Source of the DNA: a virus | Lineage: Duplodnaviria; Caudoviricetes | Virus record (IMG/VR): IMGVR_UViG_3300023197_000025 | Span: 1-34,434 of that record | DNA: 34,434 bases | Reading direction: 5' to 3' (one strand) | In this document: piece after piece, positions 23,819 to 33,122 of the stretch | How positions within the stretch are numbered: position 1 is the stretch's first letter | Layout: every line of letters begins with the position of its first letter | Notes under the pieces: generated by a model | The model's database searches: none | What the model saw: the letters and a program-made list of their open reading frames with translations, nothing else | What the model was told of the DNA's origin: nothing | Program-made: the position numbers and the translations under genes

Positions 23819-23969
23819 CGTTCTGCCCCGCGGCCTTCCGGTTCAGGTAGCCACGGTAGGTTTTCCGAAGCGTCTCGCCGAACAGCGTCCCGATGAGGAT
23901 GCCGTGGTGGAGTGCGGCCTCCGGGGGCATCTTCGAGACGTAGGGGAGAAGGTTGGTGAGCAGGCTCAT
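23811..23969 (-). CDS. Small hydrophobic/basic protein (52 aa)
   Basis: ATGA overlap; MSLLTNLLPYVSKMPPEAALHHGILIGTLFGETLRKTYRGYLNRKAAGQNGG. Confidence 0.65.
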   Translation of the reverse strand: MSLLTNLLPYVSKMPPEAALHHGILIGTLFGETLRKTYRGYLNRKAAGQNGG

Positions 23970-24478
23970 GGTTTCAGCGTCAGGTAGGAGTGGTCATGGA
24001 GGAGCGTCTTCGCGTCCTGTGCGCCGTGCTTCGGCTTGAAGTCCACACCCCGGAGGTGTTTCATCGGGGCGTCGCGCCAGTCGATTTCCTGATGCGCGTA
24101 GACCTCGCGGCCACGCTTGTCGTCACGCCGCGGGAACAGCGTGATGTGGAGTTGGTACTCCTCCGAGGGGAGTAGGTCGTACTCGTCCCGCTCGGCGATG
24201 AGCACCCACGAGCCTTCGCTCTCGCGGCCATCAGGATGTGACTTGTAGCACGCGATGGGGTTCCGCACGAGGCCGAGGTCCACGAACTCCCGCTCGATGA
24301 CCTCCTCCGGCTCGCCGACTTTCCCGGCGTACTGTCTCTCACCGACCGTGCCGACCCCGTAAGCCGGGGTGTATTCGGTCAGGAACTCGTGAATCCGGGG
24401 GTAGACGTAGCCCCGGAACTTCTCCACGTAGTCGTCATCGGCGTCGATGGCGAAGTGGGGGAGAACGAGGCCGGTCAT
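23966..24478 (-). CDS. Hypothetical protein at the end of the late operon
   Basis: 170-aa ORF with typical codon usage. Confidence 0.85.
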   Translation of the reverse strand: MTGLVLPHFAIDADDDYVEKFRGYVYPRIHEFLTEYTPAYGVGTVGERQYAGKVGEPEEVIEREFVDLGLVRNPIACYKSHPDGRESEGSWVLIAERDEYDLLPSEEYQLHITLFPRRDDKRGREVYAHQEIDWRDAPMKHLRGVDFKPKHGAQDAKTLLHDHSYLTLKP

Positions 24479-24690
24479 CGGGCATCAGCCTCCTCACCAT
24501 ACTTTGCCGTCTGAAGCGCGTCGTGTAGGACTGCTTCAGCCTGTGGAGTGAGGTTCTGTTCGAGAACGTCGATGACCGGAACACCGTGTTTCCGCAAGGC
24601 GACCACCATCCGGCGGTGAGCGGGGTCGAGCGGAATCTCGACCGTGATTGCATCCGGCTCGTCGTCGGTAGAGTTGTTACTGTCGGACAT
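24475..24690 (-). CDS. Small hypothetical protein
   Basis: 71 aa, ATGA overlap. Confidence 0.75.
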   Translation of the reverse strand: MSDSNNSTDDEPDAITVEIPLDPAHRRMVVALRKHGVPVIDVLEQNLTPQAEAVLHDALQTAKYGEEADAR

Positions 24691-24734
24691 ACGTAAAATC
24701 TCGATGAGGCGTTTACTGGATGCTGAGAACTCGT

Positions 24735-25136
24735 TTACAGGACCCGGCGAATCTGGATGACGTAACTCATCGTGAAGTCACGGTCTTTTCCGTTTATGTC
24801 AGCGAACGCGAGTTTCTCTGAATCAGAGATGAACTCCTCCACTTGGATTCTGTTAATTACGTTGTTGGTTCTCGGCTCTAATTCTACTTGACCGTAAGTT
24901 TCATTCTGACCGATTATATTGATATTAGGAGGATTTGATACACCCTCCCCACGGTAAATACTGATACCGAATCTGTTTGAATATCCGTCTCCGCTGACGT
25001 TGGTGACGTGGACGCGAATTTCATCCACGTACCAGAGTTCATCGGAGTTGGGGGACCACGATTCGAGGATTTCAGTGCTACCGTTTGGGCTATACGAACC
25101 GCTAATCGCCTTGTAATCGAGAGCAGGGTCAGCCAT
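24735..25136 (-). CDS. Putative tail adhesin/receptor-binding protein (low GC)
   Basis: Immediately downstream of the tail fibre; beta-rich; markedly AT-rich codons. Confidence 0.55.
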   Translation of the reverse strand: MADPALDYKAISGSYSPNGSTEILESWSPNSDELWYVDEIRVHVTNVSGDGYSNRFGISIYRGEGVSNPPNINIIGQNETYGQVELEPRTNNVINRIQVEEFISDSEKLAFADINGKDRDFTMSYVIQIRRVL

Positions 25137-25167
25137 AGTATCGAAGTTGTAGTGTTGTAGTTGTCTA

Positions 25168-25905
25168 TCAGCAGTACGGCGCGTATCCGCTGAACATCAG
25201 GGTATCACCCTGAACTTGTGACGCGGATTTTCCAAGGTCGCTCGCGTGCTTGCCATCCACCATGTCGGCGTTGAAGTTGTTGCCGCTACCTTCACCAGAT
25301 GCCGACACGTCGGAGAGGTCGCCAAGCGAGTGAGTGTGGCCCGAGGAAGCGAACGCAGAAGCATGATTACCGTCCAACTGGTCTGCGTTCAGACCACCGC
25401 CGCTCCCCTCCGATGAGACACCAGAAAGGTCACCGACAGCGATATTCGAGCCAGTAGCCCATGTCTTTGTGGCGACCTCGTTACCCCCGTACTGAAGCGT
25501 ACCGGAGACGTTGACGGTGCCACCAAGGGTGAGCGTCCCGGTCGAGTCGTGGACTTTGTAGCCGCCCATGTCGAGGACACCAGTCATGGTGTCCCCGTCA
25601 CGGTGCATCAGGTCGTGCCACTGCGAGGCGGCTCCATCCCACACGCGGAGTCGGTCGTTGGTCTGGTCGTGGTAGAGATGCGATTCTTCGGGGGACTCCG
25701 GCTCGCCACCGGAACCACCTTTGTCGCTCTCGATGCGGGAGTTCGTGAGCGGGATGAGGTGGTCCTTCACGTCACTGATGACGTTGCTGGCGAAGAAGTT
25801 GTCCCAGTCGTCAACGGGTTGCTCTCCCTCGACGTATTTGTAGCCGTCAGGCCACGTCGAGCCGGAAGCACCCCACGACTTGAGGTTCGTGCTGTAATTT
25901 GCCAT
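25168..25905 (-). CDS. Tail fibre protein
   Basis: GDTMTG motif; repeated GDLS..S..G.G...NAD..DG.HAS units; HTH metal-knot tripeptide; follows the baseplate genes. Confidence 0.8.
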   Translation of the reverse strand: MANYSTNLKSWGASGSTWPDGYKYVEGEQPVDDWDNFFASNVISDVKDHLIPLTNSRIESDKGGSGGEPESPEESHLYHDQTNDRLRVWDGAASQWHDLMHRDGDTMTGVLDMGGYKVHDSTGTLTLGGTVNVSGTLQYGGNEVATKTWATGSNIAVGDLSGVSSEGSGGGLNADQLDGNHASAFASSGHTHSLGDLSDVSASGEGSGNNFNADMVDGKHASDLGKSASQVQGDTLMFSGYAPYC

Positions 25906-25911
25906 GTGTAG

Positions 25912-26565
25912 TTACTCGATGAGTCCGGCGTAGGTTCCGCCGTTGTCTTTCGGATTACCGTTGCTGTCGAGGCCGTCGTAGCCCCTGCTGGAGTCGAAGT
26001 TCGAGTTCTGGTACTCCGTCGGGGTGACGTAGGTGAACGTGCCGCGGATGGTGGCCTCGATGCGGAAGCCAGCCGCGGCGTGCTCGGTGATGATGCTGAC
26101 GAACTCGTTCTGGTCCAGCGATACTTGGTCGAGTGCCGTGCCGGGAACGTCCAGCCGTGCGACGCCGTTCTCGGCCAACTTCTCGTAGCCGATTTCCGAC
26201 GGGGAGCAGTCCAGAATCGTCGCCGCGTTGTTGATGACGTGGGCTGGCGTCCCCTCGGAGGTCATCTTCTGGTACTCCGCGATGACCCGAGCACGGTACT
26301 GTTCGACCGGCTCGTTCTCTCGCGGAGGGACCCCGACGAGTTGAGCCAACCGCCGCAACTGGTCGATGGTGTTCGCTTCTTGAACCGTCACGGCCTCATC
26401 GAGCGTCTGCACGTCGGACTCAAGTCGTCCGAGCGCCCGCCCGATGGTATCGACCAGTTTGTAGTTGCCCGTGGACTCGTCTTTCGGCATCCACGGCGGG
26501 AGACGGCGGAGGAGGTAGTCCGTAGGAGTATCGTCCGCGGTCTGTGCGATTGTGGCCTCTCCCAT
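25912..26565 (-). CDS. Baseplate wedge protein (P2 gpI/Mu gp48-like)
   Basis: Lies after baseplate J; LRRLAQLVGV...EQYRARV...GT motif. Confidence 0.7.
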   Translation of the reverse strand: MGEATIAQTADDTPTDYLLRRLPPWMPKDESTGNYKLVDTIGRALGRLESDVQTLDEAVTVQEANTIDQLRRLAQLVGVPPRENEPVEQYRARVIAEYQKMTSEGTPAHVINNAATILDCSPSEIGYEKLAENGVARLDVPGTALDQVSLDQNEFVSIITEHAAAGFRIEATIRGTFTYVTPTEYQNSNFDSSRGYDGLDSNGNPKDNGGTYAGLIE

Positions 26566-26567
26566 AG

Positions 26568-27797
26568 TTACTTGCTGGAGACGTTGAAGGAGAGCGAGGA
26601 GTCCGTGCCATCGGCGATGGCGACCTCACTATCCGCGATACTGATGTTCGACTGGTTCGTGCCACTGGAACTCGTGTCCACGACGAGATTCTGAACGTCG
26701 TACACACCATCCACGTCACGGATGGCGTATTCGACCTCGCCGTACAGCACGTCTTCGCCAGTACCGAGGCCCGCAGTTTCGTTGCCCGACGTGCGGATGC
26801 CGCCGATGTAGTCCACGATGCTGTCGCGGAGGGCGTCCTTGCCGGGGAAGTCATCGGCCTTCGTCACGTCAGCGGAGACGTAAATCTGCGTCTCGGTCGG
26901 ACGTGAGAAGTCGATGTTCATGGTGTCCCCGTTTGGGAGGTCAGCCGTCGCCGAGACAGCGTTCCCGTGGACACCCGAGTACGACGTGTCACCCGCGGCC
27001 TTCGTGTCGAGGATGGCCTGTGCGAGTTCTTGTTTGTCTCCACCGGAGATGACCAACTCGAACGAGTGGTCGGGGAGGCCACCCGAGCCGGTGTTGTCCG
27101 TCGAGGAGTCGTTCACGAAGATGGTCGCCGACCGAACGCCGTCAACCAGTTTCACCTGATTGAGGAGCGCCGGGGCAGAGGCTCGGGACCCTTGTGCGAG
27201 TTCGTTCTTCGCTCGCTTGCGAAGTTCCTCGTCGTTCTCCCGAGCCGCACCACCGTTCGTCTCGTTCGGGTTCGTCGCATCCTCGACGCCAACCGGCGGG
27301 TCCGGCATGACCGTCAAGGTGTTCGCCCCGAGGTTCGCCTCCGGGCCACCTTCCACGGCCTCTACGGGTAGGGTAACACTTCGCCCACCCTCGGGGATGG
27401 TCCCCGAATCCGTTGTCTCGAACTTGATGGGGTCGATGGAGTCCGTCTGGACTATCGTCCCTTCGGGAACCACGTAATCGGTGGTCGCGTCCGACGACCG
27501 GCTAAACTTCACCTTGCCGGTCGCGTACTCGGGCGGCTCACGCCGAATCCCGATGAGGGCCGTCAGCAGGTCGAGTGCCTGACCTTCCGCGTAGTCGATT
27601 TGCGACGCATCGAGGACGAGGCCGATGCTCTCCTGCGTTTCGGCCAGCCGGGCCGCGATGGGCCGATAGAACGTGCGGACGATGGAGAGGTCGTTGTCGT
27701 TGAGGTCGTCGCCCCAGTGCTCTTTCGCGTCCGCGATGAGAGCATCGAGGATTTCCTCCTCGGTGTCCAACTGGGGTCTACCGTTGACAATCTCCAT
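26568..27797 (-). CDS. Baseplate J/gp47 family protein
   Basis: AEGQALD..GIRR, ATGKVKF, VPEGT, V.VEAVEGG..AN and GGAARENDEELRKR motifs. Confidence 0.92.
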   Translation of the reverse strand: MEIVNGRPQLDTEEEILDALIADAKEHWGDDLNDNDLSIVRTFYRPIAARLAETQESIGLVLDASQIDYAEGQALDLLTALIGIRREPPEYATGKVKFSRSSDATTDYVVPEGTIVQTDSIDPIKFETTDSGTIPEGGRSVTLPVEAVEGGPEANLGANTLTVMPDPPVGVEDATNPNETNGGAARENDEELRKRAKNELAQGSRASAPALLNQVKLVDGVRSATIFVNDSSTDNTGSGGLPDHSFELVISGGDKQELAQAILDTKAAGDTSYSGVHGNAVSATADLPNGDTMNIDFSRPTETQIYVSADVTKADDFPGKDALRDSIVDYIGGIRTSGNETAGLGTGEDVLYGEVEYAIRDVDGVYDVQNLVVDTSSSGTNQSNISIADSEVAIADGTDSSLSFNVSSK

Positions 27798-27800
27798 GAG

Positions 27801-28130
27801 TCAGTTCTCCGTGAACTCCCGCGAGAAGACCTCATCGGTCACGTACACGACCTCGACTCGATACGTGTCCGGGTTCTCGTCGGGTTCCTTGATGCGGATA
27901 CTTTCGATGCTGTCCAACTGGTCGTGACTCCGGGCGACGCGGGAAATTTCGAGGCGAATCTTCTGCTTCGCCGACTCGCGCTTGGTGAGGCCCGGAAGCG
28001 TCTCCTGCATGAACTCGGTGAGTCTGACCATCACCGACTGCTCGAAGGCTTCCCGGCCTGTCACCTCGCCGAGGTCGTTCCGCTCGTCCAGAGTGACAGA
28101 GAAGTTACTATTGAGTGCGAGGTCTTTCAT
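27801..28130 (-). CDS. Baseplate protein, gpW/gp25-like
   Basis: 109 aa between spike and J; DLGEVTGREAFEQSV. Confidence 0.7.
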   Translation of the reverse strand: MKDLALNSNFSVTLDERNDLGEVTGREAFEQSVMVRLTEFMQETLPGLTKRESAKQKIRLEISRVARSHDQLDSIESIRIKEPDENPDTYRVEVVYVTDEVFSREFTEN

Positions 28131-28160
28131 GGGTAGAAACTCGATGAGGCGGCGAGCAGG

Positions 28161-28763
28161 CTACTGCGGCGGGTCGGTGGTCTTCGTGGTCGTAGACTTC
28201 GACCCTCCACCGCTGTCCGTGTCCTCGATAGTGCTGTCGCCGTAGTTGTGCGTATGTTGGTCGAAGTCGATGCCGTCTATCTTCACGTCAGAAGCACCGT
28301 CGATGGTCACGGTATCACCATCCACGTCTACCGCCCCGGATGGGGCTTTGATGGTCACGTCAGCGTCCGACGTAACCTTTGCTTCCTGCTTGGCGTCCAC
28401 CGTGACGTTCTTCTCCGCCGTGACGGAGACGTTGCCCGACGCTGAGAGGTTCAGGTCGTAGTTCCCGTTCGAGTTCTCGGACAGCGCGACCTTCGTCTTG
28501 TCGTCCACCTGAATCGTCATCTCGCCCGGCTTCATGTTGTCCGGGTGGGACTTTTCGCGGGCGAGATAGCCGATGATGAAGCGCGTGTCGTCATCGAGCA
28601 CTTCCATGATGGCTTTCTCCCCCGGCTTCGGCATCCGAATCGTACCGGAGTAGGGCTTCATCACCGGAACCTTCCCAATGACGCTGCCGACCCGAAGGGC
28701 CTGCACGTTACAAAGCACGACGCCCTTCTTGTACGTAACCGAGGTAATGAGTCCGTGTTCCAT
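28161..28763 (-). CDS. Baseplate spike (gpV/gp45-like)
   Basis: N-terminal OB-like region (P.PGE..I), beta-helix repeats, C-terminal HTH iron-binding motif (DQHTHN). Confidence 0.8.
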   Translation of the reverse strand: MEHGLITSVTYKKGVVLCNVQALRVGSVIGKVPVMKPYSGTIRMPKPGEKAIMEVLDDDTRFIIGYLAREKSHPDNMKPGEMTIQVDDKTKVALSENSNGNYDLNLSASGNVSVTAEKNVTVDAKQEAKVTSDADVTIKAPSGAVDVDGDTVTIDGASDVKIDGIDFDQHTHNYGDSTIEDTDSGGGSKSTTTKTTDPPQ

Positions 28764-28765
28764 CG

Positions 28766-30187
28766 TTAGAACTTGCTGTCGTCTTCAATCCAGTTGCCGT
28801 CGTAGACCTGTTCCTCGTTCATGTATTCGCCCGACTGCGGGTCGAAGTACCGGACGAACGCCTCGATGGGAACGTCCGGGTACATCCCTACGTCAAGGGA
28901 AACTGACCACGAGCCACGCGAATCGAGGTTGTGCTCGATGCCGGTGATGACGTAGATTTCGTTGTGCGTGAAACCGCCACAGGCCTCTGACTTGATTTCC
29001 TGTGGTGTATGGCCAACACGGCCACTTTCCAGCGTCGGGTTCTCGAAGTGTTCGTCCCGAGGAACGATGTGGAGGAAGTCCCCAAGGGAAACACCCTTGA
29101 CGGCGGTGAAGTCGCCCGAGGCATCGGGGTCGATTTCGACCGTCCCCGAGTTCTGCTTCTTCATCTCCTCGCGGAGAGCCAACCGGGCGACCGTGCCGAG
29201 CACGTCAGCCTTGGCTTTCGTGTTCTTGACCGTGAACGAGAGGCCGTAGTCTACGTCTGCCCGGCTCGCAACGCCGGTCGCGCGAAAGTCACCGAATCCG
29301 TCTTCGTCGGCGGGGTTAATCCACGACACTACGTCGTCCAGTGTGCCAATACCGGGTTCGTCAACCCACCGACCTTCGACAACGACGTTCTGGACCGGAG
29401 CGCGTGGGTGGCTGATGGACACGTCCTTCCATTTCCACACGCGCTCGTCATCGAACGCGGCGACGTGAAGGGAAGAAGTCGTCTCCGGTGTTCCAACCCA
29501 CAGGCGACCCTGTGAGTCAGCCCACGAAGTCAGTCGGTACTTCTTGTTCAACTTCCAGATGGCCTTCGCCGGGGATACCTTGTTGAAGTCCACGGCGTAG
29601 TGCCCATCGACCATCTGGTAGGTGTCCGACTGTTCGATGTGGGCGATTTGGTTGCGTCGTTCCGATGAGGCCGCCGCAGAGTGAGCGAAGTCGTCCGTCG
29701 AGTCCGTGTCATCGAAGGCGGCACTCCCGACCAACGTCGTCTCCATATCTTCGGGGATAGTGAACTTGATTTCCGTCAGCAGGTCCTTGTTCTGCCGTTG
29801 GTCGAACGCATAGCGGTATGCGTCCTGTAACTTCACTTGGTCCCACTGCTTGTCCACGACCCCGTTCTCCAGCGACCGCTGGAGGTCCTTGAGTTCGATG
29901 TGAACGTACTGGTCGCCGTAGTCTACGGCGTCCGGGTCCCACATCATCGTCTGGATGGAGTCCCCGTCGTGGGCCAGTACCGCAGGTTGACGCGGACGAA
30001 GCGCCCCACCCTCGTAGCGGGTATGAGGCTTCATCTCGTCGCCGACCTCCCACGGAAGTTTCACCCGCGCGAAGTCGTACTCCCGCCGCTTCTGCTTAAG
30101 AGTCATCTCGACGGGGCGAACCTCGAAGGGTTCACTTCCGTTGACCTGCGGGAACTTGAGTGTCCACTTGTGCGTTCCACAACTCAT
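28766..30187 (-). CDS. Baseplate hub protein (gpD/gp44-like)
   Basis: Position before the spike; C-terminal YVITGIEHNLD..WSVSLD. Confidence 0.7.
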   Translation of the reverse strand: MSCGTHKWTLKFPQVNGSEPFEVRPVEMTLKQKRREYDFARVKLPWEVGDEMKPHTRYEGGALRPRQPAVLAHDGDSIQTMMWDPDAVDYGDQYVHIELKDLQRSLENGVVDKQWDQVKLQDAYRYAFDQRQNKDLLTEIKFTIPEDMETTLVGSAAFDDTDSTDDFAHSAAASSERRNQIAHIEQSDTYQMVDGHYAVDFNKVSPAKAIWKLNKKYRLTSWADSQGRLWVGTPETTSSLHVAAFDDERVWKWKDVSISHPRAPVQNVVVEGRWVDEPGIGTLDDVVSWINPADEDGFGDFRATGVASRADVDYGLSFTVKNTKAKADVLGTVARLALREEMKKQNSGTVEIDPDASGDFTAVKGVSLGDFLHIVPRDEHFENPTLESGRVGHTPQEIKSEACGGFTHNEIYVITGIEHNLDSRGSWSVSLDVGMYPDVPIEAFVRYFDPQSGEYMNEEQVYDGNWIEDDSKF

Positions 30188-30189
30188 GG

Positions 30190-30732
30190 TCAGTTCGAGG
30201 GAGCGTCCTGCATGATGGCCGTCACGATGGCGTTGCGACCACGCTGGTACTCGTCACGGCCCGTGGACACGAGGTCGAGCGTCCACTTGAACATCCACTG
30301 ACGGGTGTGGGGGTCCCACCCCTTCTGCTCGCCGAGTTCACCGTCCTTGATGATGCACTCCATACCGCCGGAGGGCGTGAGGGGTGAGAGTATGTCCACC
30401 TTCCCGTCGAAGTCGAGGAGTTTCTGGTAGACCGGAATCTCTCCTTCGAGGAGGACCCCGGTCGCGTGGAACTCTCGGTTCTTGATGGCCTTAATGGACA
30501 CTTCCTCGCCAGCACAACCGTCGGCGTAGCGGTCGAGTTCCTTCGACTTCTTCTGGTTGAAGCGGTCGGGGTAGAACTCGGGTGCGAACGTCCACGGAAC
30601 CTCGTGAGGACTAACCTCGAAGCCCAGTTGCGTGTTCGGGTCATCGGGGAAGTCCCCATCTTTGTACGAGGCTCCACGGACGGACGAACCGCCACCGCCG
30701 CCGCTACTTGCTCTAAGTCGTGCGTTTACCAT
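30190..30732 (-). CDS. Tail/baseplate protein (tube initiator-like)
   Basis: Lies between tape measure and hub. Confidence 0.55.
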   Translation of the reverse strand: MVNARLRASSGGGGGSSVRGASYKDGDFPDDPNTQLGFEVSPHEVPWTFAPEFYPDRFNQKKSKELDRYADGCAGEEVSIKAIKNREFHATGVLLEGEIPVYQKLLDFDGKVDILSPLTPSGGMECIIKDGELGEQKGWDPHTRQWMFKWTLDLVSTGRDEYQRGRNAIVTAIMQDAPSN

Positions 30733-32786
30733 CAGGAACCACCTCCGTTGCCCCCCTCATCGGAGTTAGACTGCGACGAGCCGGTGCCCGGAGACGGCGG
30801 GTTCATCGAGGTCTTCGTGCCGTTCGTCTCCTTCACCACGTCGCGGATGCGCTGTTCGCTCGCGTTGTCCATCCCACCGTTGTTGTTGATTTCGTAGGTC
30901 CGCTGGTCGTTGTAGACGACCTCTTTGCCACCACCCATCCGGCTCGGGCCGGGGCCACCGTAGCCCCCACCGCCGGACGGACCTTTGGTGGCCATCGAAG
31001 ACATGACGCCGCCTGCGGCTACTCCTGCTCCAACGACGAGCGCACCAACGCCGGTCGCGGCAAGTGCCGTTGCCGCAATAGCGGCGGCGGTACTCATCTC
31101 GTAGAGGGCGATGATGGTCGCGGTGATGTACGACCAGAGCGTGCTGAAGAACGTCGTGATACCGGCGAGGATGGAACCTCCGCCGATGAAGGCCAACATC
31201 TGTGCGACGGCGGTGAGTGCAGAGTAGAGGCCCCAAATCACCATGATGGTCTTCCCGACCGAGTAGGCAATCATCGAGGAGACTGCGATGAAGGTCAGGA
31301 GGCCCATCACGAGGTCGTTTTGTAGAAGATTCGACAGCCCGGCAAGAGCCGCGAACAGAGGTCGAAGGGCGGCGATGATGCGCCCAATCGCCATCGAGAC
31401 GTTGTAGGCGATTTGGGCAAGTTGGATGAAGACCGCCCCGAGGTCCATCATCAGCGACCAGTTCTCGTAGGCGGTCTGGATGAGCCAGCGGAAGAACCGG
31501 ACGAGTCCTGACGCGATGAGGCCAGCCGCTTCCGTAGCCATCGCGCTGATGATTTCCTCGTTCTGGACGAGGACATTCACCAGTTCCTCCGCGGCACGGA
31601 CGCCGATGTTGAACAGGTCGTAGAAGGTGCCCTCGTAGGCGGTGAGGCCTTCCATCGCCTCGGCAACACCTTCCAGTTGCTCCGGTGCCCAGTCAAAGAA
31701 CTTCGACTGAATCGGAGCGAACTCCATCATCGTCGGCTGGAAGGTGTCAAAGAGTTCAGCCTTGAACTCTCGCACCTCCTGCTTGGCCTGTTGCATCGCC
31801 CCGCTCATCGACTGAGCGTGACCGAGCAGACCAAGGCCGAGGACACCTTTTTTAGTGATGCGGCGACCACCGAGAGCGGCGGCGACGCCTGCGGCCTGCA
31901 CCCCGAACGCGACCATCATCGGAAGAAGGGCCGCGAGGAGATTGAGGTACTGACTCATCGACGGCTTGAGCCGTCGGAGATTCTTGCGGAACCGGGCCAT
32001 TCCGTCGTTCAGGGACCCGAAGTCGAAGTTCCGCATCTTGTGCCCCAACCACTCCCTACCGTCGAGGTCGAGGTTCATCGCGGAGCCAATATCGACGCTA
32101 AGGAGTTCGTCGCGGAACTGGTCCTTGAAATCTACGTCAAGGTCGGGGTCGATGCGACCACCGCGGCCAAAGAGTTCGTCGTCGGAGATGGCCGCCGACC
32201 CGAGATTTTGCGTGCGGTAATCGTGGCCGCGAACGTCGTGGAGAACGTCCGCCATCGCTTCGTTGAGTTCCCCTTGGTCCATTCCTTCGACGGCGGCCTC
32301 GGAAATGGAACCACCTTCGAGGTCGAACGCATCCTCGATTTCGTTCGTAATTTGCGTGGAGTCGAACGAGTCGGGGAACTCGTCCTCGTCTATCATCTCC
32401 CGCACGCCGGAAAGTTCGACGGTGAAACCCTTCGAGGAGGTGCCGGTAGTGCTGTCGTCACCGCCGCCGTCGTCCGGTGGGTCGTTTTCTCCGCCGGGTC
32501 CTCCGCCCGTTGAGCCGTCGGGTTCATCGAAGCCGATTTCTACGTCGTCCCACTCTTGCGCTGCCTGCGAAAGTTCCGCGCCGAGGTTGTCAACCTTCGC
32601 CTCGATTTCATCGAGCGCATCAAGGAGTTCGTTCAGGTCTTCAGCAACCTCCCCGATGCTCCCGCCGAAGTCGATGCCGTCGAGGTCATCGAACTTCTGG
32701 TCGAGGTTTTCAAGAGCAAGGGATACGGCCCCGATTTCCCCGAGGGCGGAGGACGCATCAAGTTCAAGTTCGATTTCAACTGCCAT
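30732..32786 (-). CDS. Tail tape measure protein
   Basis: Follows the chaperones; amphipathic Ala/Gly-rich helices and several hydrophobic segments. Confidence 0.85.
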   Translation of the reverse strand: MAVEIELELDASSALGEIGAVSLALENLDQKFDDLDGIDFGGSIGEVAEDLNELLDALDEIEAKVDNLGAELSQAAQEWDDVEIGFDEPDGSTGGGPGGENDPPDDGGGDDSTTGTSSKGFTVELSGVREMIDEDEFPDSFDSTQITNEIEDAFDLEGGSISEAAVEGMDQGELNEAMADVLHDVRGHDYRTQNLGSAAISDDELFGRGGRIDPDLDVDFKDQFRDELLSVDIGSAMNLDLDGREWLGHKMRNFDFGSLNDGMARFRKNLRRLKPSMSQYLNLLAALLPMMVAFGVQAAGVAAALGGRRITKKGVLGLGLLGHAQSMSGAMQQAKQEVREFKAELFDTFQPTMMEFAPIQSKFFDWAPEQLEGVAEAMEGLTAYEGTFYDLFNIGVRAAEELVNVLVQNEEIISAMATEAAGLIASGLVRFFRWLIQTAYENWSLMMDLGAVFIQLAQIAYNVSMAIGRIIAALRPLFAALAGLSNLLQNDLVMGLLTFIAVSSMIAYSVGKTIMVIWGLYSALTAVAQMLAFIGGGSILAGITTFFSTLWSYITATIIALYEMSTAAAIAATALAATGVGALVVGAGVAAGGVMSSMATKGPSGGGGYGGPGPSRMGGGKEVVYNDQRTYEINNNGGMDNASEQRIRDVVKETNGTKTSMNPPSPGTGSSQSNSDEGGNGGGS

Positions 32787-32794
32787 GTGTCAGA

Positions 32795-33122
32795 TTAGTC
32801 CTCGTGAACCTCGTGGTCCGGGTTCAGTTCCTTGTTGATGTAGCGAACCGTTTCTTCCTGCCCGAGGTCGCCACCACCGCCGGGCGAGCCACCTCCAGCA
32901 CGGGCGTTTCGGGGACGTGAGGGGCCGCCCCCACCCTGCTGTGTCTGCTGGCGCATCTCCTCGCGTTTCTTTTCCCGTTCTTCGGCCTCCTTGGCCTCGG
33001 CGGCTTCGATGACCTGCCGTTGAAAGGGAGTTAGTTCGAGTTGGCTCTCGATGCCAACAATCGAGGAGTCGTACTTGTCCAGCAGGAGGGTGACGCTACT
33101 CGCCGCCCCCGTCTCGGCGAAA
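32795..33122 (-). CDS. Frameshift extension of the tail assembly chaperone (gpT-like part)
   Basis: Open +1 frame without a convincing start; coding-like from FAETGAASSV... onward; entered at TTT-CGC. Confidence 0.7.
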
